Virus record (IMG/VR): IMGVR_UViG_3300035185_000025
Span: 17,567 to 81,566 of that record
Strand: one strand, 5' to 3'
Origin: a virus
Length of the DNA stretch: 64,000 bases
The position numbers were made by a program, and so were the translations under genes. The first letter of the stretch is position 1. Each line of letters begins with the position of its first letter. This document shows positions 38,979 to 47,963 of this stretch, piece after piece. The notes beneath the pieces were generated by a model. The model was given only the letters and a program-made list of their open reading frames with translations. It had not been told where the DNA came from and searched no databases.

Positions 38979-40988
38979 GTGCCCGTAAACCCGCGCCTGA
39001 GCAAGCTCCGCGTCCTGGGGCTCGAAGAGACCCCGCGCGCGCGGCTCCTGACGATGCGCTGGCTCTACTACGAGCAGCGCCAGGACGACGGGTGCTCGGT
39101 CGACTGGGAGGGCTATCAGCGCACGTCTGGAGAGCAGTTCTTGGAGTGGCGAATGCGCGGCTACGTCCGCGCGGATCAGGGCTCGATCCCGTGGGGCCAG
39201 AAGCGACCTACCTGCCACTCGATGATCGTCGGCGAGACCGTCGACACCTACACGTCGCTCCTGCTCGGCGACGGCCGCCAGCCCGCGATCAGGATCGCTG
39301 GCGACGACGCGAGCTCCGAGGCGATCGAGGCGCTGTTCAAGCACGCTGGGATCTGGCCCGTGCTCGCCGAGGGTCGCAAGCACGGCGGCGCGCAGGGAGC
39401 CTTCGGCATGCTCGTCGAGGTCCGCAAAGGGAAGCTCTCGACGCGAGTCCTTCGGCCCGAACATCTCCACATTGAGTGGTCCGACGAGTGCGACTGGATC
39501 CCTGAACTCGTGATCGAGCAGAAGCGCGTCACGATTTATCGGATCGGATCGAGCGGCAAGGTCGAGTGCGGCGAGGTCTGGCGGACGCGGGCGTGGGATC
39601 AGACCCACAGCTACGCCTACCACGACCAGCCGATCGGGACTTACACGCCGGTCGACGACGACGGCACGAAGACCGAGTTGCCCGAGGACATCGAGTTGAG
39701 CGAGGCGCCGGTCGAGCACAAGGCCGGCCGCTGCCCGGTGGTGTGGGTCCAGAACACGCTGTGCTCCGACGAGCCGCTCGGAGTCCCCGACTGCGAAGCG
39801 GTCTACGAGCAGGTCGACCAGCTCGACAAGTCGATGTCGATGGTCATGCGCGGATCGAGGGCCAACAACGATCCAACGCTGGTGGTGAAGGACACGCAGT
39901 CCGGCCTCAACCAGTGGACCCGCAGGCGCAAGGGCTACGGCGCCGAGATCACGGTCTCGGAGAAGGGCGCCGTCGAACTGCTCGAGACGTCGGGCGCCGC
40001 GATCGACCAGTCGTGGAAGTCGATCAACGCGCTCGAGTCCAGGATCGAGCGGCGCACCGGTGTCGTCGCGATCACGCCCGAAAAGGCGAGCTCAAACTGG
40101 TCCGGCGTCGCGCTCAAGATCCTGCACCGCACGCAGATGAGCCGCGCCGGCGAGCGCCGCAACCCGATCGGAGTCGGGATCAAGCAACTCGTGCGGATCG
40201 TGCACACGCTCCTGCGCGAGCTCGGAATGCGCAACGTCGGCAGCACGGGCAAGGGGATCGAGATCCCGCAGGCCGAGCGCAAGATCACCGCGGACGACGG
40301 CACGATCGAGACCGTCCGCGATCCCCACCAGATCGGGCCTGGCGGCGCTGTCCGGCTCAACTGGCCAGCGCTTCATGAGCCGATCCCGGACGAGCTTCGA
40401 ACCGTGGCCGACGCGCTCACGAAGATGAACGGCGGCCGCCCCGTGCTCTCGCAGGAGACGGCAGTCGCGTACGCGGTCAACCTCGCGCAGACCGACACGG
40501 ATCCAGCGATGGAGCTCGAGCGGATCCGCGAGGAGACGGCGGAGAAGGTCGCGGCCTTCGACGAGACGATGATGCCGGATGTCGAGGACGGCGGCGAAGG
40601 CGAGCCGGACATGCCGGACACCGGCGACGGAACGCAGACGGGAGATCAGCAAGTGCAGCACGAAGCGATGAACGGCATCCAGGTCAAGACGCTCGGAGAC
40701 ACGCTCGCTCGGACCGGCCGCGACCTCACCCCGGAGGCGGCGAAGTTCACGATCAACGAGGGCTTCCCGAACACGACCATGCCCGATGCGCAGCGCAGGC
40801 TGAACGAAGCGATCCAGGCGCAGCTCGAGCAGGTTGCTCAGGACAAGAAGGACGGCGTCGAGCCCGAGGCTGGAAAGCAGTTCGACACGCTCGGCCGAGC
40901 GATCACTCGGCGCGCCAAGGCCACAGCGGAGCCGAAGGCCGAGGAGTCCGAAGACGAGCCTGAGTCCGAAGACGAGGAGACCGAGTGA
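38979..40988 (+). CDS. Portal protein (SPP1-like) with acidic C-terminal extension
   Basis: Follows terL; CPVVW, SGVALK, LSQETA; TAGCCT-N6-GTG. Confidence 0.85.
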   Translation: MPVNPRLSKLRVLGLEETPRARLLTMRWLYYEQRQDDGCSVDWEGYQRTSGEQFLEWRMRGYVRADQGSIPWGQKRPTCHSMIVGETVDTYTSLLLGDGRQPAIRIAGDDASSEAIEALFKHAGIWPVLAEGRKHGGAQGAFGMLVEVRKGKLSTRVLRPEHLHIEWSDECDWIPELVIEQKRVTIYRIGSSGKVECGEVWRTRAWDQTHSYAYHDQPIGTYTPVDDDGTKTELPEDIELSEAPVEHKAGRCPVVWVQNTLCSDEPLGVPDCEAVYEQVDQLDKSMSMVMRGSRANNDPTLVVKDTQSGLNQWTRRRKGYGAEITVSEKGAVELLETSGAAIDQSWKSINALESRIERRTGVVAITPEKASSNWSGVALKILHRTQMSRAGERRNPIGVGIKQLVRIVHTLLRELGMRNVGSTGKGIEIPQAERKITADDGTIETVRDPHQIGPGGAVRLNWPALHEPIPDELRTVADALTKMNGGRPVLSQETAVAYAVNLAQTDTDPAMELERIREETAEKVAAFDETMMPDVEDGGEGEPDMPDTGDGTQTGDQQVQHEAMNGIQVKTLGDTLARTGRDLTPEAAKFTINEGFPNTTMPDAQRRLNEAIQAQLEQVAQDKKDGVEPEAGKQFDTLGRAITRRAKATAEPKAEESEDEPESEDEETE

Positions 40989-41704
40989 TCGTCGAAGGCG
41001 TCGACGTCAGCCACAGCCAGCGGCCTGACGCATGCGACTGGATCGAGGCGTCGGCGGCCGGCCTGACCTTCGCGTGGGTCAAGGGGTCCGAGGGCCGTGG
41101 TGGCGATGGTGCGTACGTCGACCCGGCTGCGGCAGATCACGCGGATCGGATCCGTCGATCGCCTGTGGTGCCGGGCATGTACCACTTCGCGCGTCCGGAC
41201 AACCGCTTCGGCGAGTCGCAAGACGGCTACGCGAACGGAGTCGCAGAAGGCGAGCACGCGGCGCGGACAGCCTTCGACCTCGGACTCGTCGAGCGCGCGC
41301 TCCCGATCGCGATCGACCTCGAGAAGTACTCGGGCAAGGACTCCGGCGGTAGGCCGATCGCAAACGTCGAGCAGCGCGACGACATGGTCCGCGGCATGGT
41401 CGACACGATCGTCCGGCTCACGGGTCGACGGCCTGTGGTCTACACCGGGGCCGGGTTCTGGGACTACCAGCACTCGACGGAGCTTGCGCTCGAGCTACGC
41501 GAGCGAGGCGTGCCCCTGTGGCTCGTCAGCTACTCGCGCGCCGCCGACCCGCCGAAGTCGATCGCTGGTTGGCCGTGGTCGATCTGGCAGTGGTCCGGAG
41601 GTGGCGAGTTCGAGTTCTCGGATGCGTGGCCGGGACTGCCTTCGCCGATCGATCGCAACCGCTACCGCGGATCGGCTGCCGAGTTCTCGGGGCTGGTCGG
41701 GTAG
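40985..41704 (+). CDS. GH25 lysozyme (endolysin)
   Basis: GVDVS, VKGSEG, YHFARP, DLE, WQWS, DRN. Confidence 0.9.
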   Translation: MIVEGVDVSHSQRPDACDWIEASAAGLTFAWVKGSEGRGGDGAYVDPAAADHADRIRRSPVVPGMYHFARPDNRFGESQDGYANGVAEGEHAARTAFDLGLVERALPIAIDLEKYSGKDSGGRPIANVEQRDDMVRGMVDTIVRLTGRRPVVYTGAGFWDYQHSTELALELRERGVPLWLVSYSRAADPPKSIAGWPWSIWQWSGGGEFEFSDAWPGLPSPIDRNRYRGSAAEFSGLVG

Positions 41705-42197
41705 CGACAGGCGCTCCTGGGGCGGGCGTACTTCTGCGGCTTGCACCCGCACGAGACGTGGTCGATGGCCGTCCGTGAACAGCCCTTGCACTCCAGGCTC
41801 CCGTAGTAGGCCCAGCGCGGACCCCATGCCGCTTCACGACCGCAGTCGGAACATGTCCACTTGCGCACCGCCGCGCCTGCGCTCACGGGGTTTTCGCCGC
41901 ACGCTGGCTCGTTAGAGGCCACCACGCGGCTGTGGTCGTCGATGGTCTTGTGCGCGCATCCTCGGGAAGTCACTCAGATCCCGCATGGTCGGGTAGCGAC
42001 ATCGTCCTCGCCACACGGTGATGGTGACACCGAGGCGCGTCCTGATGCGGATCATCTCGTCGGTGCGCTCCACGAGTTCGGCGAGCCCGCGCGCGATCCA
42101 GTCCTCGGCAGTGGACCAACTCACGGTGCGTCGCTCCGCGCTGTCTTGTCCTGCGGATAGGCCGGGTTGTTCTCGACGGCGGCGTCGGTGCGGAGGG

Positions 42198-43010
42198 TCA
42201 TGGCGTGGGCTCCGTATCGGGCTCCTGCGGCGGGACAAGCCGAGGGCCCCAGGCCAGCCCGTCGATGCTGTAGCCGTTCGTCATCAACTGGCCGTCGGGT
42301 CCACGATAGACCTCGGCGGGCGCCCAACTCCACGCGCGGTCGTCGAGGCCACGGATGCGGCGCCAGTAGAGCCCGGGAACTGTCGGGGTAGTCTCCACCT
42401 CCTCGCAGGGCCGCTTCGCTTCGGCTACGCGGGCGAGCAGGGCGTCACGCTCACGGGTGAGCCGATCGACGACGTCGCGCAGGCTGGTGAAAGCGGCGTG
42501 AGCGTCCGCCACCGCTGCGCCCATGTCGAACGGCGTGCCGTCGCCGTACTCCCACTCGGATGGGTCTGGCCGCCCGGACCACAGGGCCAGGCACCACAGC
42601 GCGATCTCGCCGGTCGCCGTGCGGCCGGGCGTCAGGCGACCGCGGACCCGGCTGGGCCGCTCGGCGAGGCGGGCCTCGGCGTCCTCGACGTAGCCCTCGA
42701 AGTTGGCTGCGGTCATCGCGTGGGCGCCCTCCTCGTCGGCGAGGGCTGCGGTGAGCCGCTTGACCTCGGCTCGCAGCCTGGTCACGACCTCGCCTCCGTG
42801 CTCGTAGACAAATGCGTTGGCGGACCAGTCCTCCTCGTCGACAGGCCCATTGTCGATGTTGACCACGACGCGTGCCCCGCAGCCCGGGCAGTAGTCCTCC
42901 TCGCCGTCTGAATAGCGATCGGCGTCGCGCCTGAAAACGCTCTCACCGCAGGCGTCGCACTCCAAGCCAAACGGTCCGGAGACATCGGGTTGAACTGGTG
43001 AATCGGCCAT
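42198..43010 (-). CDS. Zn-ribbon/coiled-coil hypothetical protein
   Basis: CDAC...CPGC; class B promoter at 43019-43046. Confidence 0.65.
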   Translation of the reverse strand: MADSPVQPDVSGPFGLECDACGESVFRRDADRYSDGEEDYCPGCGARVVVNIDNGPVDEEDWSANAFVYEHGGEVVTRLRAEVKRLTAALADEEGAHAMTAANFEGYVEDAEARLAERPSRVRGRLTPGRTATGEIALWCLALWSGRPDPSEWEYGDGTPFDMGAAVADAHAAFTSLRDVVDRLTRERDALLARVAEAKRPCEEVETTPTVPGLYWRRIRGLDDRAWSWAPAEVYRGPDGQLMTNGYSIDGLAWGPRLVPPQEPDTEPTP

Positions 43011-43018
43011 CGTCGGGC

Positions 43019-43048
43019 CTACTCGCGCCGCCGGTGTACGCTTCCCGC
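43019..43048. promoter_or_regulatory. Overlapping class B (-) and class A (+) promoters
   Basis: CTACT-N16-GCTTCCC, with TACGCT-N6-GTG 43049 on plus. Confidence 0.78.
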
Positions 43049-43213
43049 GTGCCATACCGCGACGACCGCCCGCGCTGCCCGACCTGCGCCGAGCCGGCCG
43101 AAGGCTACGACGCGATGTGGGACTACCACCGCTGCCCGAACGGTCATCGATGGGACGGGCCGGTCAACGGTGGCCCGCCCGTCAGCCGCTCACAGGACGG
43201 CAGCAGGCGGTGA
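43049..43213 (+). CDS. Small Zn-ribbon protein
   Basis: CPTC...CPNGH; GTGA overlap with MuF. Confidence 0.55.
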   Translation: MPYRDDRPRCPTCAEPAEGYDAMWDYHRCPNGHRWDGPVNGGPPVSRSQDGSRR

Positions 43214-45126
43214 GCACCGAACTCGCGGCCGAGCTCGCCGACATCCAGCGCGGCCGTTTTGACGGGCTCTGGGAGACGCTCAGCGTGCGGCAGCGCCGGA
43301 TCGTCGAGCGGAAGCTCGCTCAGCTGGAGAAGGACCTCGCCAAGACGCGCCGCGGATCCTGGTCGGCCGCGAACTCGGCCGCGACGATGATCCAACTCGC
43401 GCAGGCGGTGAAGGGCCTCAGCGCATCGCAACTCGCGTCACTCCGGCGTGCGCTCCCCGGCATCGCCGCTCGCGCGCAGGACTCCTCGGCGAAGTGGCTG
43501 CGGCTGCTGGACCAGAGCTTCACGGGCTCGACGGTGCCGCTGCGGTGGGACTCGCTCGAGTGGCTCGAGGACTACCGCGAGCCGCTGCTGCGCTCGCGCC
43601 TTCGGATCTACCGCAAGAGCTTCGCCCGCTACGGGTCCGAGGCCGTCAGCGCGATCGAGGATGCGCTCGCGCAGCGCGTGCTCGTCGGCACGCCGTGGAC
43701 CGACGCGCGCGACGAGGTGATGTCGATCGTTCGCGAGCATGTCAACGACAAGCAGTGGATGGTCGACCGGATCGTGAGGACGGAGACGGCGACGATCTAC
43801 AACGCGACGACGATGGCGGCGCTGCACGCCGAGGACGAGCCGGACGATCCGATGCTGAAGAAGCTGGTCGCGACATTCGACGCGGCGACCGGGCAGGACT
43901 CGCGGCTGCTGCATGGCCAGACGCGGAGGCTCAGCGAGCCGTTCGTCGACGTCACGACCGGCCGCGAGTACATGGCGCCGCCGAACCGGCCGAACGACCG
44001 CGAGATCGTCGTTGGGTGGCGAAAGTCGTGGGGCGATGATCGGGAGTTCGATCAGGAGACGGCCGAGCCGTTACCTGATCAAGACATCATGACGCAGGAC
44101 GACCTTGACAAAGCTGTCGCTGAGGCGGTCTCAACTGCCGCACCAAATGAACCGGAGAAGTCAGAGATCGAACGCCGGTGGGACGCACGGGTCATGACAG
44201 ATGACGAGCGACGTTATAATGATCTACTCGCTCGGCGTCCGGTCATGGATAAATACTCCAATGCAGAATACCGAGCGCTCGACAAATGGACCGAGACGAT
44301 TACGCCGTATCAGACTCGTGTTCAAGCCGAATACCGAGCTATTCGTGATGAAATCATCGCTGAGCATGCAACTCGAGCTGGTGAAAGCGGTATCTTCGAC
44401 ACCGACGCGGATGCGATCGATGCCATGGCAGAGAGAGGAATAAAATGGAATGCCGACAAGATGCCAGCAGGGTTTGCTCGTATGATCGAAAGCGAGCTTA
44501 GGATGCTTGAGTCGACGCCGTTTGCGCCTGAGGTGACGGAGATCGTTATCGATGATCTTCGTGGAGGCACTGCGTTGGCCCAGAAAGTTATCCGTAATCC
44601 TCCGTACCCTCAGGGAATCAGACTATCATTCGACCCGGACGGGATCCCGACTGCATCGGCTGCGCTACGCGACGACATGCGCGACATCGCTGACGGCAAG
44701 CAGCCATATCTTTCCGCTGCCAGGATCAGCACAAAACAACGTCATGATCTAGCACAACGGTACGGTCACCTGACAGATGATCCGGTAATCCTATCTCACC
44801 TGATACGGCACGAGTTTAGTCATGGAATCGACTTCAATCTTCGAGATCTTTCAAACCATCGAAATGACGGCTATGCGCTCATGCGCAAGGCGTGGATCCA
44901 ATGGGGCGAGTCTTCGTTCAAGTCTGGAGGGTTCTCTTCTGTAAGTCGCTACAGTTCGACGGATAAGTACGAGTTTTTTGCAGAGGCGGTCGCGCTTGCG
45001 CTGTCCGATGGCAACACAAACGCGCTCCCGCAAGGTCTGCGTTCTGCTGTCTCCGCGATCCTTGGATGGGAGGACATGCCAGACGTATACGTCAAGATGC
45101 TACGGGAACGCGGACCCGAGTTGTGA
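43210..45126 (+). CDS. MuF/gp7 minor head protein with C-terminal zincin metallopeptidase-like domain
   Basis: RIVRTET, LHGQ, PPNRPNDR; C-terminal HEFSH and SRYS...EFFAEA. Confidence 0.85.
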   Translation: MSTELAAELADIQRGRFDGLWETLSVRQRRIVERKLAQLEKDLAKTRRGSWSAANSAATMIQLAQAVKGLSASQLASLRRALPGIAARAQDSSAKWLRLLDQSFTGSTVPLRWDSLEWLEDYREPLLRSRLRIYRKSFARYGSEAVSAIEDALAQRVLVGTPWTDARDEVMSIVREHVNDKQWMVDRIVRTETATIYNATTMAALHAEDEPDDPMLKKLVATFDAATGQDSRLLHGQTRRLSEPFVDVTTGREYMAPPNRPNDREIVVGWRKSWGDDREFDQETAEPLPDQDIMTQDDLDKAVAEAVSTAAPNEPEKSEIERRWDARVMTDDERRYNDLLARRPVMDKYSNAEYRALDKWTETITPYQTRVQAEYRAIRDEIIAEHATRAGESGIFDTDADAIDAMAERGIKWNADKMPAGFARMIESELRMLESTPFAPEVTEIVIDDLRGGTALAQKVIRNPPYPQGIRLSFDPDGIPTASAALRDDMRDIADGKQPYLSAARISTKQRHDLAQRYGHLTDDPVILSHLIRHEFSHGIDFNLRDLSNHRNDGYALMRKAWIQWGESSFKSGGFSSVSRYSSTDKYEFFAEAVALALSDGNTNALPQGLRSAVSAILGWEDMPDVYVKMLRERGPEL

Positions 45127-45340
45127 GCCCTGCAAGTCGCAGCGCATCGACGTCGGAGTCCTTGCCGATAACGAGCGTGTCTTTACCGATTTGCCGTTTC
45201 TGTACGCTTAGATGCAGTGACTCGCCGAGCCAGAAGCGGTCGGGAATCCTGGTCGTATACGCTGTGCAAGTCCGACCAGTTCCAGTTAGGTGGACGCAGT
45301 ACCGACAGCCAGAGACAGGGATCATTGGCTGAGTATACAA
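45092..45340 (-). CDS. Small Cys/His-rich protein (MuF-neighbour type)
   Basis: CRYCVH...CTAY...IP...G...H. Confidence 0.55.
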   Translation of the reverse strand: MYTQPMIPVSGCRYCVHLTGTGRTCTAYTTRIPDRFWLGESLHLSVQKRQIGKDTLVIGKDSDVDALRLAGLTTRVRVPVAS

Positions 45341-45545
45341 AACGCCTGCACGAGCCCGGCCTTCGAGATGAACTCGACGGCGTCTTGCTCCTCAAATCCC
45401 ACGAGCGCCATGGAGCGCTGGTCGTACCACCCGGACGGGCCCCACGACCCTGCGTCCATCTTCGAGACGCGGGCAACAGCGGCTCCTGTGCTGTCGTTCA
45501 CGCGGTATGTCGCGCCGGGTCGACCAGTGATCGAGTTCGGACTGT

Positions 45546-46352
45546 TCATGCCGCACCCCGCGGATACACGCCGCGCCGGTCACCCGTGCGCACGTAGAGC
45601 GTCCCGAGCGAGGCGAAGTAGCGCGCGAACTCCTTGACGTCGATCGGGTGCTCGGCGCCCTCGTCTCGCAGCCCGTAGCGCCCGACGCGGTCCGCCCAGA
45701 ACCCGACGAGAGACGGGAACGGCGCTGCCTGTGGGATCGCCGGCTTGCCTGGCTTGCCCGAGACCTCTGGCCCCACGGCGAGCCCAGGCCCGACGATCCT
45801 GAACGGCGCGGGCAGCTTCTTCTTCTTCGACGCCCACGGCCACCACTTCTGGAGGTAGTAGTCCGGGTCCGCCGACTCCGCGGCGACCTTGCGCGTGATC
45901 GGGATCGGCCGCCAGAACGTGAGCCGGCCCTTGACCTCGACCCAGGCGTCGCACGAGCGATGGATCCCGGCCACGATCTTGACGCTGTTGCCGGACTTCT
46001 TGGTCCCGCCCTGCATCCAGCGCGTGTCGGTCCGCGCCGGCAGCAGGATGACGCCCGGCATGCCTACCTCGACGTGCCAGTGGTGCGAGGTCTCGATGCA
46101 GTCCTCGATCTCGGATCCGTACGGCGGGTTCTCATAGCTGCAGTCCGCGTCGGTCCAGCGGATGTCGTGGCCCGAGACCCGGATCCCGTCGGCGATCAGA
46201 TCCGCGCCGACTTGGCTCGCGTCGTTCGTCCACGGATCGATCAGCGTCCGGCCCGCGCCCGGTGGCACGAGCAGGCTTCGCATGCGCGTGATGATCTTGG
46301 GCGGTGAGCAGTAGTGCATGGACTTCGAAGTGAGGCACGCCGCGATCTTCAT
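45546..46352 (-). CDS. Phage N6-adenine DNA methyltransferase (Dam-like family)
   Basis: IDP, NPPYG, LLPARTDTRW, GRLTF, APFPS. Confidence 0.85.
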   Translation of the reverse strand: MKIAACLTSKSMHYCSPPKIITRMRSLLVPPGAGRTLIDPWTNDASQVGADLIADGIRVSGHDIRWTDADCSYENPPYGSEIEDCIETSHHWHVEVGMPGVILLPARTDTRWMQGGTKKSGNSVKIVAGIHRSCDAWVEVKGRLTFWRPIPITRKVAAESADPDYYLQKWWPWASKKKKLPAPFRIVGPGLAVGPEVSGKPGKPAIPQAAPFPSLVGFWADRVGRYGLRDEGAEHPIDVKEFARYFASLGTLYVRTGDRRGVYPRGAA

Positions 46353-46359
46353 GGCTGAC

Positions 46360-46415
46360 CTACCGCGCACCCGTGCGGGTGCTTCCCGGGAAGCACCCGG
46401 GGCCCGCCGAGGTAG
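46360..46415. promoter_or_regulatory. Divergent class B promoters inside a 24-bp palindrome
   Basis: CGGGTGCTTCCCGGGAAGCACCCG at 46376-46399; GGTAG 16 nt from each -35. Confidence 0.85.
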
Positions 46416-46422
46416 TCCATGC

Positions 46423-46659
46423 ATGGCCAAGAAGACGACCCGACGCAGCATCTCGATCAAGGGCATCCACTACCAGCGGCTCAAGGACCACTGCGAAGCG
46501 GTCGGCGTGCCGATCAGCGCCTACATCGAGCAGATCGTCACCGAGAAGCTCGACGAGGCCGGCGCGCCGATCCCCAAGCGCGTCGTGCCTCACGCGGACC
46601 GGACGACGTTCGCTGCCCCGGATGCGGGCCCGGCTCACTCGGGACACTGGACCTTCTGA
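46423..46659 (+). CDS. Ribbon-helix-helix protein
   Basis: RRSISIKGIHYQRLKDHCEAVGVPISAYIE. Confidence 0.7.
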   Translation: MAKKTTRRSISIKGIHYQRLKDHCEAVGVPISAYIEQIVTEKLDEAGAPIPKRVVPHADRTTFAAPDAGPAHSGHWTF

Positions 46660-46924
46660 TGGCGCGCCAAACGAAACGAGCCGCGGCCAAGGAGCGCCGC
46701 CGTGATCGTCTGGCCCAGGCGAAGGCCGACGCGGAGGTCCGGGCGGAGTGGCTCGAGGCCCTGCATGGGGATCGCGCCACGCTCGTGCTCATCGCCGGCG
46801 ACGGGCCCGAGAGCAAGCGGGCGCGTGAGGCTGTGCTCCGGGCTGACGAGGTGCCGGATGGAGTCACACACGCGATGCTGCGCAAGGCGGCCGCGCGGGC
46901 GCTTGGCGATGACGAAGGTGCATC

Positions 46925-47350
46925 ATGAGCGCGTCGCTTGGGGCGCGGGCGGTGGCCTGCAAAAGGTTCCGGTGGATGCCGGGAATGGACACGGGCGACG
47001 CGCTCGTGGTCTCGGTCGATGAGCAGGGTGTGCCGACCGAAGTTGTGTTCGGCGGCGCCCTCTGTCACGCGGATCGCACCGGTAACGATTCCGACGGCTA
47101 CGGCTACGACATCGACGGCGTGACACCCGACCTCGACGACCCTGCCACGCTCGGGTGCCTGCTCGCGCTCGTTCGGGAGGCGTGGGGGCCAACGTGTTCC
47201 GTGATCCATGTCCTCGACGGGAATGGCTGGGCGCTATGCACAAGCGGAGGATGCCTTGGGCTCCCAGACCTCAGGGCCGGCACAGGCACGAGGTTCCACC
47301 CCGACTACGCCGAGGCCCTCGTCGCTGCGCTGGAGGCTGCGCCGTCATGA
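46925..47350 (+). CDS. Hypothetical protein (paralog of 31856-32290)
   Basis: PDLDDPATLGCLLALVREAWG...EALVAALEAAP. Confidence 0.65.
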   Translation: MSASLGARAVACKRFRWMPGMDTGDALVVSVDEQGVPTEVVFGGALCHADRTGNDSDGYGYDIDGVTPDLDDPATLGCLLALVREAWGPTCSVIHVLDGNGWALCTSGGCLGLPDLRAGTGTRFHPDYAEALVAALEAAPS

Positions 47351-47963
47351 GCACCGAGCCCAAGCCGATGGACCCGGGGCGCCTCGACGACCTACGACGG
47401 ACGGTCGACCCTGTCCGGTTCCCGAGCTTCGACGAGCTTCTCGCCGCCCACGACTACTGGCGGGCACGATGTCCTGTGGGCGCCGGAGAAATCGAGCGCG
47501 CCGGCCTGACATGGGCCCACGCACAGGCGCACGCGGCGAAGTACGGCGCACCGACGTCGCACGATATGACCACGCCGGGCTGGGCCGAGTACGACGCACG
47601 GGAGCGCGGCGGCCGTCATATGGTCGCGCTGATCCAGGCGCACATCCAGTTGGTGGCGATGCTGTCGAAGTACAGCCGCGATCGCGCAACGTGGAAGTGC
47701 GAGCACGACGTCTTCGAAGAGGAGTCCGCACCGTCATGACCGATCGCAAAATCGACCTGCGCCCATGCGAGCCCGGCTCGTCCTGCGTCGACTGTGGCCA
47801 GCCAGCAGACGGCGTCCGGCCGAACATGGACGCCGAGCCTTCGTGCCGTCAATGCGAGGCCGATCGGCTCGCCCTGATCGAGATCATCCTGAGCGGCGAC
47901 GACGAGCCGGCCCAGGGCTCGCTGTTCGACGGCTGACGAGCGCCCGCAGTGGTAGCCTGAGCC

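Noticed and set aside
41963-41998. GGGAAGT...GGTAG as another class B promoter
   Set aside because: The spacer is not 16 nt and no start codon is correctly placed.
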